Origin: Basidiobolus meristosporus CBS 931.73
Lineage: Eukaryota; Fungi; Basidiobolomycota
Direction of reading: 5' to 3'
Assembly (NCBI GenBank): GCA_002104905.1
Contig: MCFE01000149.1
Location: 1 to 64,000 of the forward strand
DNA length: 64,000 nucleotides
Shown here: positions 28,174 through 41,608 of the stretch, piece after piece
How the letters are laid out: each line of letters starts with the position of its first letter
Numbering within the stretch: the first letter of the stretch is position 1
Translations under genes and position numbers: made by a program
The notes under the pieces: generated by a model
What the model was told of the DNA's origin: nothing
Databases searched by the model: none
What the model saw: only the letters and a program-made list of their open reading frames with translations

Positions 28174-29283
28174 ATGGTAATATCCTCCGGTACACCTGTT
28201 CGAGTTACCGAAGCCACTCCTAATTTCCAACGGGTGCTTGGAACTCCTCCCAAATTCAGGCTCACAAGGCCTAACGAGAGCTGGAGTAAAATAGTAGAGA
28301 GCGCAGTAGCCATCAGCTCCAAAGCGTCATTTAGCGTTCGCGACATATACCAATATGTCATAGAAGTATATCCTCATTATAAATTGGAAGATACCGAATC
28401 AGTGCTCCAGAATATAAACACAGTGTTGAGAAGCAGCGAACTATACAATCCTCTCGGGGAGCCCGACAGGTGGGCCATTTCAGAGGCCTTCAGAAATGTA
28501 GTCAGTAAAACCGAACCATGTTCTGAGCCTGGTTCGGTGCCGAACTTCCTCAAGATACCCTCACCTTTCGCCGCGACCCGAGAGCCCAATATTCTCCTTC
28601 GACCGTTGATTCCAAACAGCCGGCAAATCTTACCTCCTTTGGACTCATTTGGTCCACCCAAACTTGCCCCGCTGTTACCCTTCTCCCCACCATTCCATAA
28701 TGGCCGAAAATTCCCGGGTTTAACCAAAGAACCAGCCTCCAAAATGCATTCCGGCTTTAGTCCAGTTCGATCGCATTCTAATGTTTGTGACGTGTTCTCC
28801 CAAGCAGCCAGCGGCTCTGATACTGAAGATGAAGACTGGAAGTCAATTGGGCCAACAGCTTTGTGTGGCAGGAAACATGCCTCTTCCTGTCCCTCAATAC
28901 CGAGAGAATCGGCAACACGGAGCAAGAGACTGGAGACTGGCACTCTATTCCCTCCAACACCCATTAGTCCCATGCCTCAGAAGAGCGACAACCTGGCGAT
29001 CACGCCCAAGGAGAGCCCGCCAGTGGATGATGAAGACACCGATGACGAAAACTGGGCCCAGATGGACATCACTCCGAAACGAAAGTCCTCGTACACTCCG
29101 CTCGAGTCTCATACCCCCATCAAGAAGGCACTCAACGATATCTCCCATGCAGAGGAGCAGCTATCCACTGACAAGCGAATAGCTCTGGAAGCTTTGGCTC
29201 TACTTTGCTCACCCAGCCGCGACCGGATTCCCACTGACGCTGAGCGTCACAAGGATGTTCGACAAACCCCTATTCATCTCTAG
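28174..29283 (+). CDS. Divergent forkhead/winged-helix-like transcription factor
   Basis: 369-aa ORF. RPNESWSKIVESAVAISSKASFSVRDIYQYVIEVYPHYK resembles forkhead helices 1-2, but helix 3 is divergent. It has a Pro/Ser-rich tail with SP/TP sites and the acidic motif SGSDTEDEDW. Confidence 0.55.
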   Translation: MVISSGTPVRVTEATPNFQRVLGTPPKFRLTRPNESWSKIVESAVAISSKASFSVRDIYQYVIEVYPHYKLEDTESVLQNINTVLRSSELYNPLGEPDRWAISEAFRNVVSKTEPCSEPGSVPNFLKIPSPFAATREPNILLRPLIPNSRQILPPLDSFGPPKLAPLLPFSPPFHNGRKFPGLTKEPASKMHSGFSPVRSHSNVCDVFSQAASGSDTEDEDWKSIGPTALCGRKHASSCPSIPRESATRSKRLETGTLFPPTPISPMPQKSDNLAITPKESPPVDDEDTDDENWAQMDITPKRKSSYTPLESHTPIKKALNDISHAEEQLSTDKRIALEALALLCSPSRDRIPTDAERHKDVRQTPIHL

Positions 29284-29550
29284 GGGTGCGTGGAGGCGAA
29301 ATCCATCATCATAAGCCGTCCACGTACACACTTACATCCCTCCTTCCCAGTGGAGCTTCTCGAGATTTTTGTGAATTTATTCAAGCATTTCTACGTCGGT
29401 AGGGATCTATTCCTGTATATTTTTCATGTGTCCGTATTCTATAAATATCCCCGAATTCTATGTGTAATAAATACCTGCCCAATCTGACTTGCGGCACCAC
29501 TGGACCCCACAACGCTTCCACACTCGCTGCCGAGTCTCATTGTCTGGTCG

Positions 29551-29569
29551 GGTGCGGTGCGGTGCGGTG
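29551..29569 (+). repeat. (GGTGC)n microsatellite
   Basis: ggtgcggtgcggtgcggtg. Confidence 0.8.
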
Positions 29570-29992
29570 AGCAAAGAAGATACCTCCAATCGTGACGAGC
29601 AACCGGCTCCGGTTCGGAATCCGGAGATTGGTTCATCCGACATCCACGGTCTCATCGAACTGATTCAGGTTGCTCTTTGTCCATGAGTAGTGAGAGGTGG
29701 CACATAATCTGCCAGGGCGAGGAGATTGGGGCGCTGTGATGGTGGCTACCTTGATGGTCGCATAGGTAGCTTAGGGGAGTAGATGAAGAAAATTTCGTAT
29801 TTTGGTGTAATAAAGATGAATTAACTCTTGTATCCAAATGCAGCTGAACGAACGAATGGTTGGTAGGAGGCTGGAGCTAAGCCCAATCTGCGAAATGCAG
29901 TTGAACCCTGAGGGCACACTTGCGGCGAATTCAAGTGGCACCGATGTGGAAGTATAGTGGGATAAAGAGATAGAATAAAACCAATTAGGGGA

Positions 29993-30043
29993 ATGAGGAT
30001 GAGGATGAGGATGTGGGTACGGTTGCGGTTGCGGTTGCGGTTG
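29993..30043 (+). repeat. Adjacent (GAGGAT)n and (CGGTTG)n hexamer microsatellites
   Basis: atgaggatgaggatgaggatg followed by cggttg x4, just downstream of the stop of the minus-strand Myb/SANT gene. Confidence 0.8.
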
Positions 30044-30076
30044 TGTGGCAAAACCTAAATTACGGGCCGCCGAGGA

Positions 30077-31130
30077 CTACTTTTTCAGAAACGCGTCGAT
30101 CAGACGCTCGAGCAACTCGTTCCCACGAACGCTCTCCTTCTTCAACTCCTCCACGCACTCCTCCTGGAGCCGTACACTTTCCTCAGTTACCTTCAAATAC
30201 TGCTTCTGGATGGTCAGGCTTTCGTGCTGCAGGTTCTGGCTTCTCTCCAGCAAATCCATCAGCCTTCCCTGCCAGTCTTTCTTCAGTTGCTTCGCGGCTG
30301 GCAGATCAAGTAGGTTGCCATCGTCAAGCACCTTTCTCTTGGCAGCCTGGAGCTCGGCCAGCTGCTTCTCCGCCTCTTCCCGAAACCGTAGGCGCTGATC
30401 CACCAGCTTGTCCACCAGCCCGTGATCCATGGAGTCTTCCGTGCTGGATCGTTCCGGCGGCTCGTTCTCTATGATCGAGATGACCAGGTCACAGTATTTG
30501 GGCTTCTCTATGGGCAGGTCATACTGAATATGGGCGGGTTTGGATCGACGGTATGCGTTCACTGCGGATCTCAGGTTCTTAAATCTAAAGCACGATTAGA
30601 TCACCATTTGGTTCAAGGGAAGCTCGCTCAAGTGGGATTCTGGCATTCCGAATCGCTTGAGGGGGAGCAAATAGTGGGTTCACGAGCATGAATGCCCATC
30701 TGAGGAGGGGTGGTGTGGTGATTATTGGTGGGTAGAGAGAGAAGAAAGTTCAATGGCATGCTCGCTGGCTGGAGATGATGCAAAGGAAATGGTGTTCTAC
30801 TCACTTGTAATACAGTTGATCGATGGTGGCCGGTTTCTCGGGGAATTTCTGGGTGAACATCTCGTGGATCACCTTCCACCCCACCTGGTCCTTGTTTCGC
30901 GTGGTGGTCGGGTAAAGGGCGAGGACGTCTTTGAGGGTCGCAAGCAGGAAGAATGTCTCGTCATTGGAGAATTTCGGCCGTTTGTTTCGTTGTGACATTA
31001 GTCCACCGGGGCTCGGTGTAGAGGACACATCGGGCATATGATGGTGATGTGACAGTTGTAGGTGCGAGTGCTGATGGAGGGAGTTGGAATCAGAGGTGGC
31101 TGACAGCGGGGCTACCCTGGAGTCCGACAT
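30077..31130 (-). CDS. Myb/SANT-like (trihelix/MADF-type) DNA-binding protein with C-terminal coiled coil; 2 exons
   Basis: Probable ATG at 31130 (MSDSRVAP..). KRPKFSNDETFFLLATL..VGWKVIHEMFTQKFP..TIDQLYYK, then a GTGAGT intron, then IRNLRSAVNAY..; the C-terminus EESVRLQEECVEELKKESVRGNELLERLIDAFLKK is coiled-coil-like. Confidence 0.75.
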
Positions 31131-34100
31131 CCCCTCAGCAATAGAGGCTGGATACTGGATGCTGATGGTCGCGGTAAAGACTTGAGCGCAGTACGGGTGT
31201 TTCGCGTGCTCGTCGAAGCAAAGCGCAGTGGTGGTGTGGGATGATGAGCAAGCACAGAAAGCGACGCGTCCGAAGGCAAATACAAATATCAACGCAATCC
31301 TCAGGCGACAAGTGCTTGTGTCTCTGAATTCATAAAGAGTGGGAGGACTGTTTCGAGGCGAGATCAACCAACCAAACTGAATTTCGCCACTGGGATTGGG
31401 AAACGAACCACCGATTCACGTCTACAGGAAGGGAAATTGACCGAAACAAAACCTCATCCAAGGGGCAGGTAAATCACCTTTATTCTGTCGGGCAGAGAGC
31501 TCCGCCGCTCAGGCGTCCTCCAATCAACTGCCGAGTTGGCGAGGTTGCGGAAGATTATCAATCAGCGTAAGTGCTCCATGCTGATAATCGTGAGGCAAGA
31601 TCAGTGAATTGGCTTTTCTGCGACAAATATGGGTTTCTATCCATCATCTAGAGTAGCATCTCTGGATAAAAGGCGCTGGAAATGGTTCGAGGGCTAGATC
31701 AAGTGGTCTGCCAGGATGATGAGCTCCTGACACCATCTACATCAGATGCTATTGTAGCCAATGTCGCGGCATCATTCAGAAACCGGATCCTTGAATAAGC
31801 TGCATGGACAAGTCCATCTCTCGTATTACAAAGGGCCAAGCAGACACTGCGGGAGCTGATCATCAGCAACCTCAGAGAATTGAGACCAGTGACCTCACGC
31901 GAACCCAGCGGTTGCTTGTGGTTGATGATCTAGATCAGTGATTATCTGGACGATGCCTGGCTGAGATCCAGATACAAGGGGAGTTGGCTGATTCAAAACA
32001 AGCAAGCTGACAAGCCCCCATCTCAGCCACTCAACCCCCAGCCTGGTAGAGTCGCGCCTCAACAGATCTTCACAAGGGCGACCAGCCATAGATCAACTGC
32101 ACCAGCTCATCCATCAGAAATCCCATTCCCGAGATCTTCCACAGCTCCGGCGCACAAATCAACCGTGATTCCTCCCCTACGAGATTTCTTTCCCATCGCC
32201 CTTGTGATGTGATGATCAGCATCTGGCATCTTCTCGACGCGAATGTTCGTAGCCGCCAGCTCGCACTCTGTTGGGTGGGGTTTGTGTTGTCCGTTCTCGA
32301 CCGATGTCAATCGCGCTCTTGGGGATTGGCCTTGGGAGTGCCTGCCGGACACCACCTATTCTCGGCCGGGGCTACAGGATGCATTTGAGGATCTCCCACT
32401 TTAGTGTCCACGGCTAAGATAAGGTTGGAGTTGACCAGTAAATCCGAGGTGCCATTGGCCAGTGGATGTAATGCAAATTCCCATATCGAAGCTTAGTAGT
32501 GAATGATCCGGTGCGGGATAGATTAGCTTGCGGATTTGGTCACGCCGGTAGATGACTGGTTACCAGCTGCTCTGAACCATCGGAGCCATGTTCGGGGGAG
32601 ATAAAGATAGGATCAGATAGTATGGCCGCTGGTTCAGATATATATCTTGTTCGACTTTGTTATCCATCGGTTCTATGGTCGTGGGTGTGGCTTGCCTCGA
32701 CATGGGATGATCCATTGCGCCAGAACCAGGAACAACATCCGTCCTGATCCGTTTGGCACCGGGAGAATATCGGTTGGTGACTATTCCCAAGATGTCTTGA
32801 CTGGTATCGCCCGGTTTTTCCCATCATGTCGAAGTATTCCTCCTGTACTAGTTGATCCATGTGCAGTGATTTGCGAGCACTGGAACCCTTGAACTAGCCA
32901 AGGCCTGTTGGTATTGTGCTAGCTCCTAGGAGGTAGCTTGAGACCATTGTATCCTCCTATTTGGCCCAGAATATGTGTCAGAGCCTGTAGATCCGCTGCT
33001 TAGCATATCGAACCAACAATCATTCAGTCCATCTCGGCTGTGGCAGGCACAAAACAATTGCTATCGATATACTGGAATGGATCGGAGCATCTCAGGTAGC
33101 CTTCGATCCCCATGGATTTCCCCACCTGGTGGCCAATAGCTACAAGCCTCACCATTGAAGCGTCGACCTTATGTCTGTATTCCAAAGCTAGTTCAACACT
33201 GGTGCACTATTCTGTTCAAGGCCAAGAAAGGGCATTTCCATGTCTGACAGTATGGGCACATGAGATTCACCTCAGAGCAAAACACCACTACCGGGCGCCA
33301 TCATGTGTTGCACGAGGATCAAAGAAGCGATATCAGATGGAGCGGCCGTTCCATATGCCAACCCACATCTCGGTGAATATGAAAGTCACTCGGTGGCCAG
33401 CAAACCTTGTGGTGGCTTTGGTGGACTCGGATGCCGTCGTTGGCGACACCCTAGGTAACCATCACCCTATCGCCTTTCCATCAAGCAAGCCACGGGAACG
33501 AGTGGTCAGGCAACGCGCAGATTCACAACCCTGGTGATGGTTACCAGATTTTCCGTATTGGGCCCGACGCTCATCGTATATCTTGATCTCGTACTCGATC
33601 TCGAAAAAACATCGGCGCATCTAGGTAAGACTCCGTTTCCATTCGATTCATGATGGGAATTCCGAAGAGATAGGGATTTTCCAGGCCGTTCTAGTGCCCA
33701 CACATTGGGTGCGTACTTGTCCCTTTCACGACACATCCATATGTTCATCCCGAAATGGCCCACCAAATATCTGCGGTCCAACCGTCACCGGCTTTGCAAA
33801 TAGCCACGGATTGCCTGTATACCTGCTGCCAAGCCTGGAAAGTAAATCTACTAATTGGCTATGCACTCTGAGCAGTTGACAGAGCACAGGACCTTTATGA
33901 ACCATCCGGGGCAATACAAGTAGCGGTTGCTCAAAAAATACCACCCTGTCTATATGGCCGGTAGAGTTGTGGGGCTGGGTGTTCTAAGATTGTCTGCAGC
34001 TAAAGCTTTATTTAGGGGCAGAGAATGGTTGATATCCTCCAACAGCCATAACAAATGAATGCTTGATATTTGTATTCGCCAAAGGGCCATTCTTGTGCTA

Positions 34101-34949
34101 GGTAATTTACAGATCAAGAATTCCCACATTGTCACCATCTCGTGGATGAAAAAACTAGTGGTTGACATGAACCACATATCAGTTGCTATTTGAATCATCC
34201 AAAAGTCCATCATTTGGAGCAAGGTGATTGAATTTAGAATCTTGACAACATTTACCAGCCATCTAAACCAGATGTAAGATATTCAGCTGCTTCACAAATA
34301 CAGCACATATAAAGCCATCCTTTGCTGACTAACAAGAAATATTTGGGCACTCCAGGAGCCCAACAACCACTTGCTTTAATCAACTGTTGACTAAGCTCAT
34401 GGTAGTCCCAAATGTGCTCATGGCCTATATGTTGTAAAATTTATAATTCCACCTCCATACTCACCTAGCTTAGTCACTTTGACCATTACCTACAAACCTT
34501 AGAGAGCTTTGACCAAGTTTCTTTTCAGGATTTACTTGGAGTATTTTCATCAAAATACTAGGTACTAAGAACTTAAGATCTTTTAAAGTGATCTAAACAG
34601 CCCCATACATTGCACACATGCTCTTGGAGCCTTCCCAAGCATCTTCTACATATTTGCTCTGTCAAGACCATGTGAAAGTGTAAATACTACTTTTACATTC
34701 AATAAATCATCAAGCAAAAAATACATAATCAACTTGTCCTCCTAATAACTTTCAATATCCCCAAAGCTCTTACAACAATATCTACATTGTGTCCAAGAGA
34801 AAATATAAGACTCTTCAATTAAGGTGTCTTGAAGCAAAGGACAATCAATGGCCTGAAGTGAGTAGACCTGTTCCATTGGACCATGTCAGGTCATGCAGTA
34901 GTACTCTTACTTTTTGTGTATACTGATCAATTTAATTTTGTTGAATCTT

Positions 34950-35450
34950 AAGACATGCCTCAATTGTTTATGGTTGCAGCTCATATACACTGCTGTACCC
35001 TAAGCTACTACACTGTGCCCAGCCTCATGCTCAATAAGTAGCTCCATTAAAATTCAGCATACCATAGGTGTCACTACCTTCAAGTTTCTGGCCAATTTCT
35101 TTGGCAGGATCCATGATACTCTGTACCATTGTTCATCTGCTGTTTCCATACATCCTGGACTTCAGCTTACACTGCAAAGTCTAGCACTACATCTGTCAAT
35201 CTTTGCAATAACTCCCTGCAATATTCAAGTGCTTTTATTCAGCATTGCTCTTATAGAAGTGCTGCAACCTCTTAGTGTGGGTATTATGGTTTCAAAATTC
35301 CACTGATTGCATTGAGACAATTCTCAGACTCCTAAATATTGTTCCTTTGCTTGCCAGCAGAACTTCTACTCTGTTTGCAATAAGGTAGGTACAGGCAGTG
35401 GCAATAAATTGCCTTTCTCTGCAAGATCTTACACCTCACTGGAGTGTATA
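34950..35450 (-). pseudogene. Highly degenerate copy of the Tnp2/CACTA transposase 3' region
   Basis: Clear nucleotide similarity to 35850-36300 (e.g. ttcaagtgc..agaagtgctgcaacctctt..caaaattccactga); many stops. Confidence 0.55.
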
Positions 35451-35849
35451 CAAACAACTACCCTTCTAACTCTTCTGAAAACAACTGATGTCCCTATAAG
35501 AAATTATTGTGATGATCCCGTCAAAAGGCTATCACATATTTAAAGTCTCATGACTAAGAGGTACTGATCCTGTCAGGACACTGTGCTGAGACCATTGAAA
35601 AATAATCACACCCCAGATTTCACAAAAACCTAGTCAAATCTTTCATCACAAGAATATACAAGTTGCTTTTGATTGGTTCCCTGCCAATTTGCTCACTTTC
35701 TGATCCCAGACACTTGATCACCTCCTACATTAGTGTACATCAATTGGCTATTGCCTCTTTTTCACACTCCTTACCTCCTGACTCAGCCATTTCTCTTACT
35801 TTTAATGTGTACAAATTAATTTATCTCTGTTGATACTTCAGTTGTACAT

Positions 35850-37000
35850 CAATTGCCAATTGTGTTGGCCCATACAAGCCCCTATAGCCTACACTAACAT
35901 TAAGCCCAACTACACACTCAACAAGTAACTCCATTAGAATCTGCCACTCAATAAGTATTCCTGCTGTGAAGCTCTCTTTCCGCAACTTTGGTAGGAACCC
36001 TACAGCTTTATGCTACTGTTCATTCACTGGTTCCCACATGTCCTGGTCTTCAGCCAGCACTGCAAGGTCTAGCACCTCATCTACCCGTATTTGCAATAAA
36101 TCCTTGCAAAATTCAAGTGCATTTTCTTGAGCACTGCTCTTGAAGAAGTGCTGCAACCTCTTGGTGTGCCTATTAATGTTCCAAAATTCCACTGAAGGCA
36201 TTGTGATAGTCTTTCAGGTTCTTGATGTTGTAGCCTTGTCTGTTAGTGGGATCTCCACCTGCTGCAATTGACATACTTCTATCACCTCAACCTCAAGGCT
36301 TTTTAGTGTGATACTTGCAAAGTTGCCATATACCATTTATTGGTGGTAATATATCCATCTTGCAAATATATGCTTGATTCCACCACTTCTACCATGAACA
36401 CCTCTTGAATATCTGCAAAGAACTACTTGATATTTAGCCAATATATTCCTTCTCCCTGCTGGATTCTAGTCCCTCTTATAGATGCACTCTGGCTCTTGTT
36501 TGTGTGAATTTCATATTGAATAGTGTAGAAGTTGGCTTGTGACTAACAGAAACCTGGCATACTTCAGCAGAGCTTTCCTAATAAGAATTAGTTGCTTGTT
36601 GCACCCAACCCAACTTTGTATTACTTAACTGATTACCCACACATTGGGGCTACTTAGCTACTTGGTACCATAGGTTCAGGTGTCTCCATTTGCACATCTG
36701 TCCTCAGTATTCTCCAACTCTTCCTGGCTGTCCTCTATGCTCCAGCTTATTACATCCATGACAGACTTGGAGGTAATACTCCTAATGAGATTGGGATATG
36801 GCAGTACCTGCATCTTGACTTCTCTGCTTATTTCCCCACACATCTGCTCCATAGGAAATTCCCATAAGGTGCAGCAAGGCCCAACATTCTCCACACACCA
36901 AGCATCATGGAGCAGAGAATGGATACAGTAGCAGCAGAGATCTACATGTTAGGCTTTATATTTGTAGTATAGCTGCTCAAATCCCACTACAAACTCCTTG
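35850..37000 (-). mobile_element. Tnp2/CACTA (EnSpm-like) transposase fragment, C-terminal part
   Basis: ENVGPCCTLWEFPMEQMCG (DUF4218-like GP..W.FPME motif). Colinear with 55360-56100 and truncated at ~37000. Confidence 0.75.
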
Positions 37001-37338
37001 CCCCTATGAAACAATATTTGGTTCCAAATGGCATTTCCTTTTCTATCTCCCCATACTAGACTAGAATAACACATGGGGATATGTCCGGGATCAGCTGATC
37101 ATGTGACTAGGTCATGTGACATGCAATTGCCATATATGGTATCTGGCTACATAAATTCCAAAGGGGAGCATCCATATAATGCTCCATGTTTAAACAGGAC
37201 TTGGAGCTTTCCAGAAGTTGCTAGAATGTAGTAGAACTTTCTAGATGGTGCTGGGATTTCTTCACCAGCTTGACTTAGCTTGAACATCAAAGACCAGGGA
37301 TCTCATGTGATTATGACACAACTACCTTGGGTATTACA
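37000..37338. repeat. Probable solo/partial LTR of another family
   Basis: Interrupts the transposase copies. Contains the LTR-like ttccagaag..ctagaatg..actttctaga motif run and ends in ..TATTACA. No partner LTR was found. Confidence 0.3.
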
Positions 37339-37341
37339 CAA

Positions 37342-39870
37342 ATAGCTTGAATTAAAAAATACCATGGCCTGCAACTCACTAACCTCTACAAACACTCACA
37401 CCTGCCACAATTGATATACTTCTATCACCTCAAATTTACAGCTTATTAATGTGATACTTGCAAAGTTGCCATATACCTTTATTGCTGGTAACATATACAT
37501 CTTGCAAGCATATGCTTGATTACCACCACTGCTGCTATGAATACCTCTGGAGTATCTGAAAAGAACTATTTGGTATTTAGCCAATATATTCCTTCTCCTT
37601 GCTGTATCCCAGTCCCCCTTATAGGTGTGCTCTGGCTCTTGCTTGTGTGAATTCCATGTTGAATGGTGTAGATGTTAGCTTGTGCTCAGCAGAATCTGGG
37701 TATACTTTGTAGAGTTCTCCCATAGATATTAGTTGCTTGTTGCACCCAACCAACTTTTTTGTTACTTAACTGATTACCCACGCATTGGGGCTGCTTAGCT
37801 TCTTAATGCCATAGACATAGGTGTCTATTCCTACAATGTCCATATATGACTCCCAAAGCTTCCAATATAGGCTTGGTAGAAATGGCTTCAGATGGCCACT
37901 TGAATAAGTACATAACCAGTTCATCCAATCTTTGCACTTGTATTGTTGCATATGCATATGAATATTGATTGGAGCCCACATTGTTGAAAAGAAAATGCAT
38001 TGTTGCCAGTGGAAGACCTATGCTCCAATTGATTCTTTGTATCTTTGGTCTCCTGGGTTTTAATTAACACCATATAGTGGTAAGTTGCTTATAGCTAGCC
38101 AGTTTTGCTGCAATTGCATGCTGACTTCTGTGAGTTCTCTCTGTGGAAAGTTGATATTCTAAGAATTGGTGTCTACATAAGAACTAAGTGTATGAGTTAT
38201 GAAGTCAACCCCCTTCTGCACACATTTCTCAGGAGTATTGTCCATTGGGCCCAGAAAAGCCAGCTTTCTTGCTGATAATAATATCTACTTTGATAAGACA
38301 GTCATTTAATATCTTCCTACCATATAGCAAACAAGATTCATCCAGTAATGGATGCAGGTAGCTGTCCAGGTTTGTTGGTAATTAAAGCTCAGATATAAGT
38401 AAGACTACTATCCAATTTCTGCTCCAAAACTGTACAGTTGGCAGCAGATTCAGGTTGAGGAGAATTAGTGGCCAGCAGAATCTACCAGCATAGTACTTAC
38501 CTAGTGGGAATCTATCAAGTGCCAGGCAAAGGCATGGCCATACATACCATCAAAGTAGCACTTGCCTCCAGGCTACTTGTAGATTTTCCTACCTAATATA
38601 TCAGAAATGTTTGAACTTAATAGATACTGGGTACCGTATTATATAGCTTCATAATACTTGTGGGATGGCATGAGCTTCTTTATATGGGGTACTACTGAAG
38701 TATATCTTCAGTGTTAATAATGCTTTACTCCTGTGGTGGTATATTCCTGACAAGTTGGACACCTTGCAAAAGTGGCATCTTCTGATATGAATACCATATA
38801 TCTGTTAACATGTTCTGGCATCAGTTCAGTCTCTGAGTCATAGGTTGCCAGCTGCATGATGATCTTTCATGTGTATCAAGTACATGGTAGGTTGCATCCA
38901 GGAATGATTTTGGCAAGAAGTAGTAATAGATCATCAAACCTGCAATTACAAATATTGGTGGAAGTATGCCACTTCCCCAGCTACAATATTACACCATTTA
39001 CAAGTAAATAGATTACTGGGCTCCCTTGGATGCATAGAGTATCCTTGAAATTATTTTCACAGGTGTTCTGTCACTGCATATTAGGATTTTGCTAGGCTCA
39101 TGCAGGGTGCTGTTGTTAGTGGAGATAGGCTCACATACCATATGTGAGCCTTCTTCTTCAGAGCTATCACCCAGCAGGCCAAGACATTATAAGCTCATCT
39201 AACCTGATTTGTGCCAGCTGAGAAGTACAGCAGGGAGCCATTATAGACATATCAGGTGGCTGGCAAGATATTATTGATACAGCAGTGCCTATTGCATGCT
39301 CAAATACAATATCTGTGGCAAAGCACTGGCTGCTCTCCATGCAAAGCTTCCTATGGCCTGTGGGTGCTTCATGGTAGAAACTCTAGTCACAATAGCCACA
39401 GGGTTATTTGCCCTTCTATTAAGGCTTTGAATCACAGTAGTCTTCACCATGGGGCAAACAGCTTGACAAACAACAGTGTAATGCTATTATAGCACATACT
39501 TTTCAATACCCTTGTGAATTAGGAGAGCATTGTATATGAGGCATTGCACATATTGAGCATTTTAAATAATGCTGTGGCACCATCTATGCACATATACAAA
39601 CAACCATCTCCCATTTAGTTTGACTCACTTCCATATATATGCTGCCAACAAATAAGGTAAAGTTGTCTGGTTACCAGCCAAAACTCACTGCTGACAGCAG
39701 CAGAAGAATGAATGGACAACAGCTTGTTTTGATACTTGGTGCAACAAGCTGAGCTACATTCAAAAAAGGCCATGTAGATAGAGTGCTCACTGAAGGTATT
39801 AATGCAGACTTCTAAGGCTCCTAATTAAGTAAGCAACTAACATTCTCTGTGCAGCCATAAGCTGAACATA
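37342..39870 (-). mobile_element. Degenerate Tnp2/CACTA element (transposase plus start of divergent ORF2) with internal deletions
   Basis: Colinear with 55305-58405. Lacks about 370 bp (55783-56151 equivalent) and about 130 bp. The divergent ORF start ATGCTGCCAAC.. is at ~39638. Confidence 0.75.
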
Positions 39871-41608
39871 ATAGACTTGTACCATTGTACTGTGCAGGGG
39901 TGTGCAGCACAATCTTTGGTTGTTAAGAACAATCAGGTGCAATGCAGTAGCTACCAGTAGGCAAGATTGCTCTTGGATGATTTTGCACTATGTGGGACAT
40001 TCTTGCACATTATGGCACAATCTGACACAATGAGGTTGGCATGGACAGTTGTGCCAACTTGAAATGTTTGCATCATAGGTACAATCCAACACTGCTATTA
40101 TGTTAGGTAAAATCTAGTATTTAATATGTTTCTTCAATGTAAATGGAAATAAACTTGTATTATACTCTAAACTACATCTATACTGACTAGTTTGGTTTCT
40201 ATTACTCCACTTGATAGTGAGTCAGTGATTGATTGGTCTAAAAGTACCATGCAGCTGTAGCCCCTAAATGGCTCATTGAACAATACACAAACTACCTGAT
40301 TTGTCATCAAATATTGCACTTTGCCCATTGGGCATGTAAATCCCTGATTTTAACTACTGGAATAGTTGTCATAGCTGGCATGCAACCAATTGGGTAGGTG
40401 TAAGACAGATCAAATAGCTGCACTGGTGCTACAGAGGATGTGTCAGCATGTAAAGTGTTTATTTACAGGGGTTGTGTCTTTAAAGCTAGATTAACTTGAT
40501 ATTACTTATATCCAAAATTTAGTGAGCAATGGTTTGCAATGACTCAGTTAGGATTGCAAAAGATTGCATTTACTAGATCAAGACAAATGATAGCATTCAT
40601 AACAATTGCCTCATTTTCTCCCATGTTTTTTTCTCATTAGGATTACTACTGAATTATTTGGTAGGTATTCACTTTGCACACTAAAGCTACTTCCTTGTTG
40701 ACTTTCATCTTAGCTGCTTGTGTACTTGTAATCAGTGTTTTGACTCCTAGTTAGTCAGTGTAGTGTTGAGGATTGGCCACACTGAGTTGCTCTAGATGAT
40801 GCTATGGAATTGGCCTGAAGTGCCATGTGCTGAAGTGTTCCTTTACTTGCCAAAGGCCCCTGTTATGGAGGCTCTTTCAGAGGGTCATGGTTGGTCAGTT
40901 CACCTGTAGTAACTTGCTTATTGCCAGGCAGAATAGCATATGTAGGTGCAACTTGATGCGCTGGTATGGTCCTTGGCTGAGTTTGAAATGATGCCACCTG
41001 TTGATGCAACTAGGTCTACTCCAATGGACTTGTGTTTATCTGAGCAATTTGGCAAGTTCTGGTGGTTTTGCTCTGCTCTGTGTGCATTGGGTCAACATGC
41101 ATCTACTCAGTGCATGGCACTCTTGTGAAGGGTGTTTGCATAGACTAAGTGATATAAATAAGTTGAGGCACCTACAGACGTATCCAGTATATACTGTGCA
41201 AATTGCACACAGCAGTGCTTGCATATGTCTTCCTCATTGAATCCCCTCTCTCAGTTCATTCTTAATTTCAGTACATGTCTTGTTGTACATCATCTTACAT
41301 ATGTCTGCTGGCATTGTGATGTAGGACTCATGCCACATCTTCCTACTCATGTTCTTTCATCTCTGTTGACTCTCTGAGGTACCCAGCTCCAGTTGATTGA
41401 TGAATAGTGCCATATATCTGTATGCAGGCTCATCATAGACACTTGGGCAATATCAAGATTATTTGGCAAGAATTTAAGCAGATCTGAAGTTAACTTCTCC
41501 AGTCCTGACCATGCTAGTAGCTGGGGGATAGGTATTGTCTGGGTTGTACTCAGATGAGTAGATACATGGTATAGGGACCATAGTGATGGAATTCAATACT
41601 TATACACT

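Noticed and set aside
40900-41600. Stop-riddled minus-strand coding-like remnant
   Set aside because: Probably a TE fragment, but no diagnostic motif is left to assign a class.
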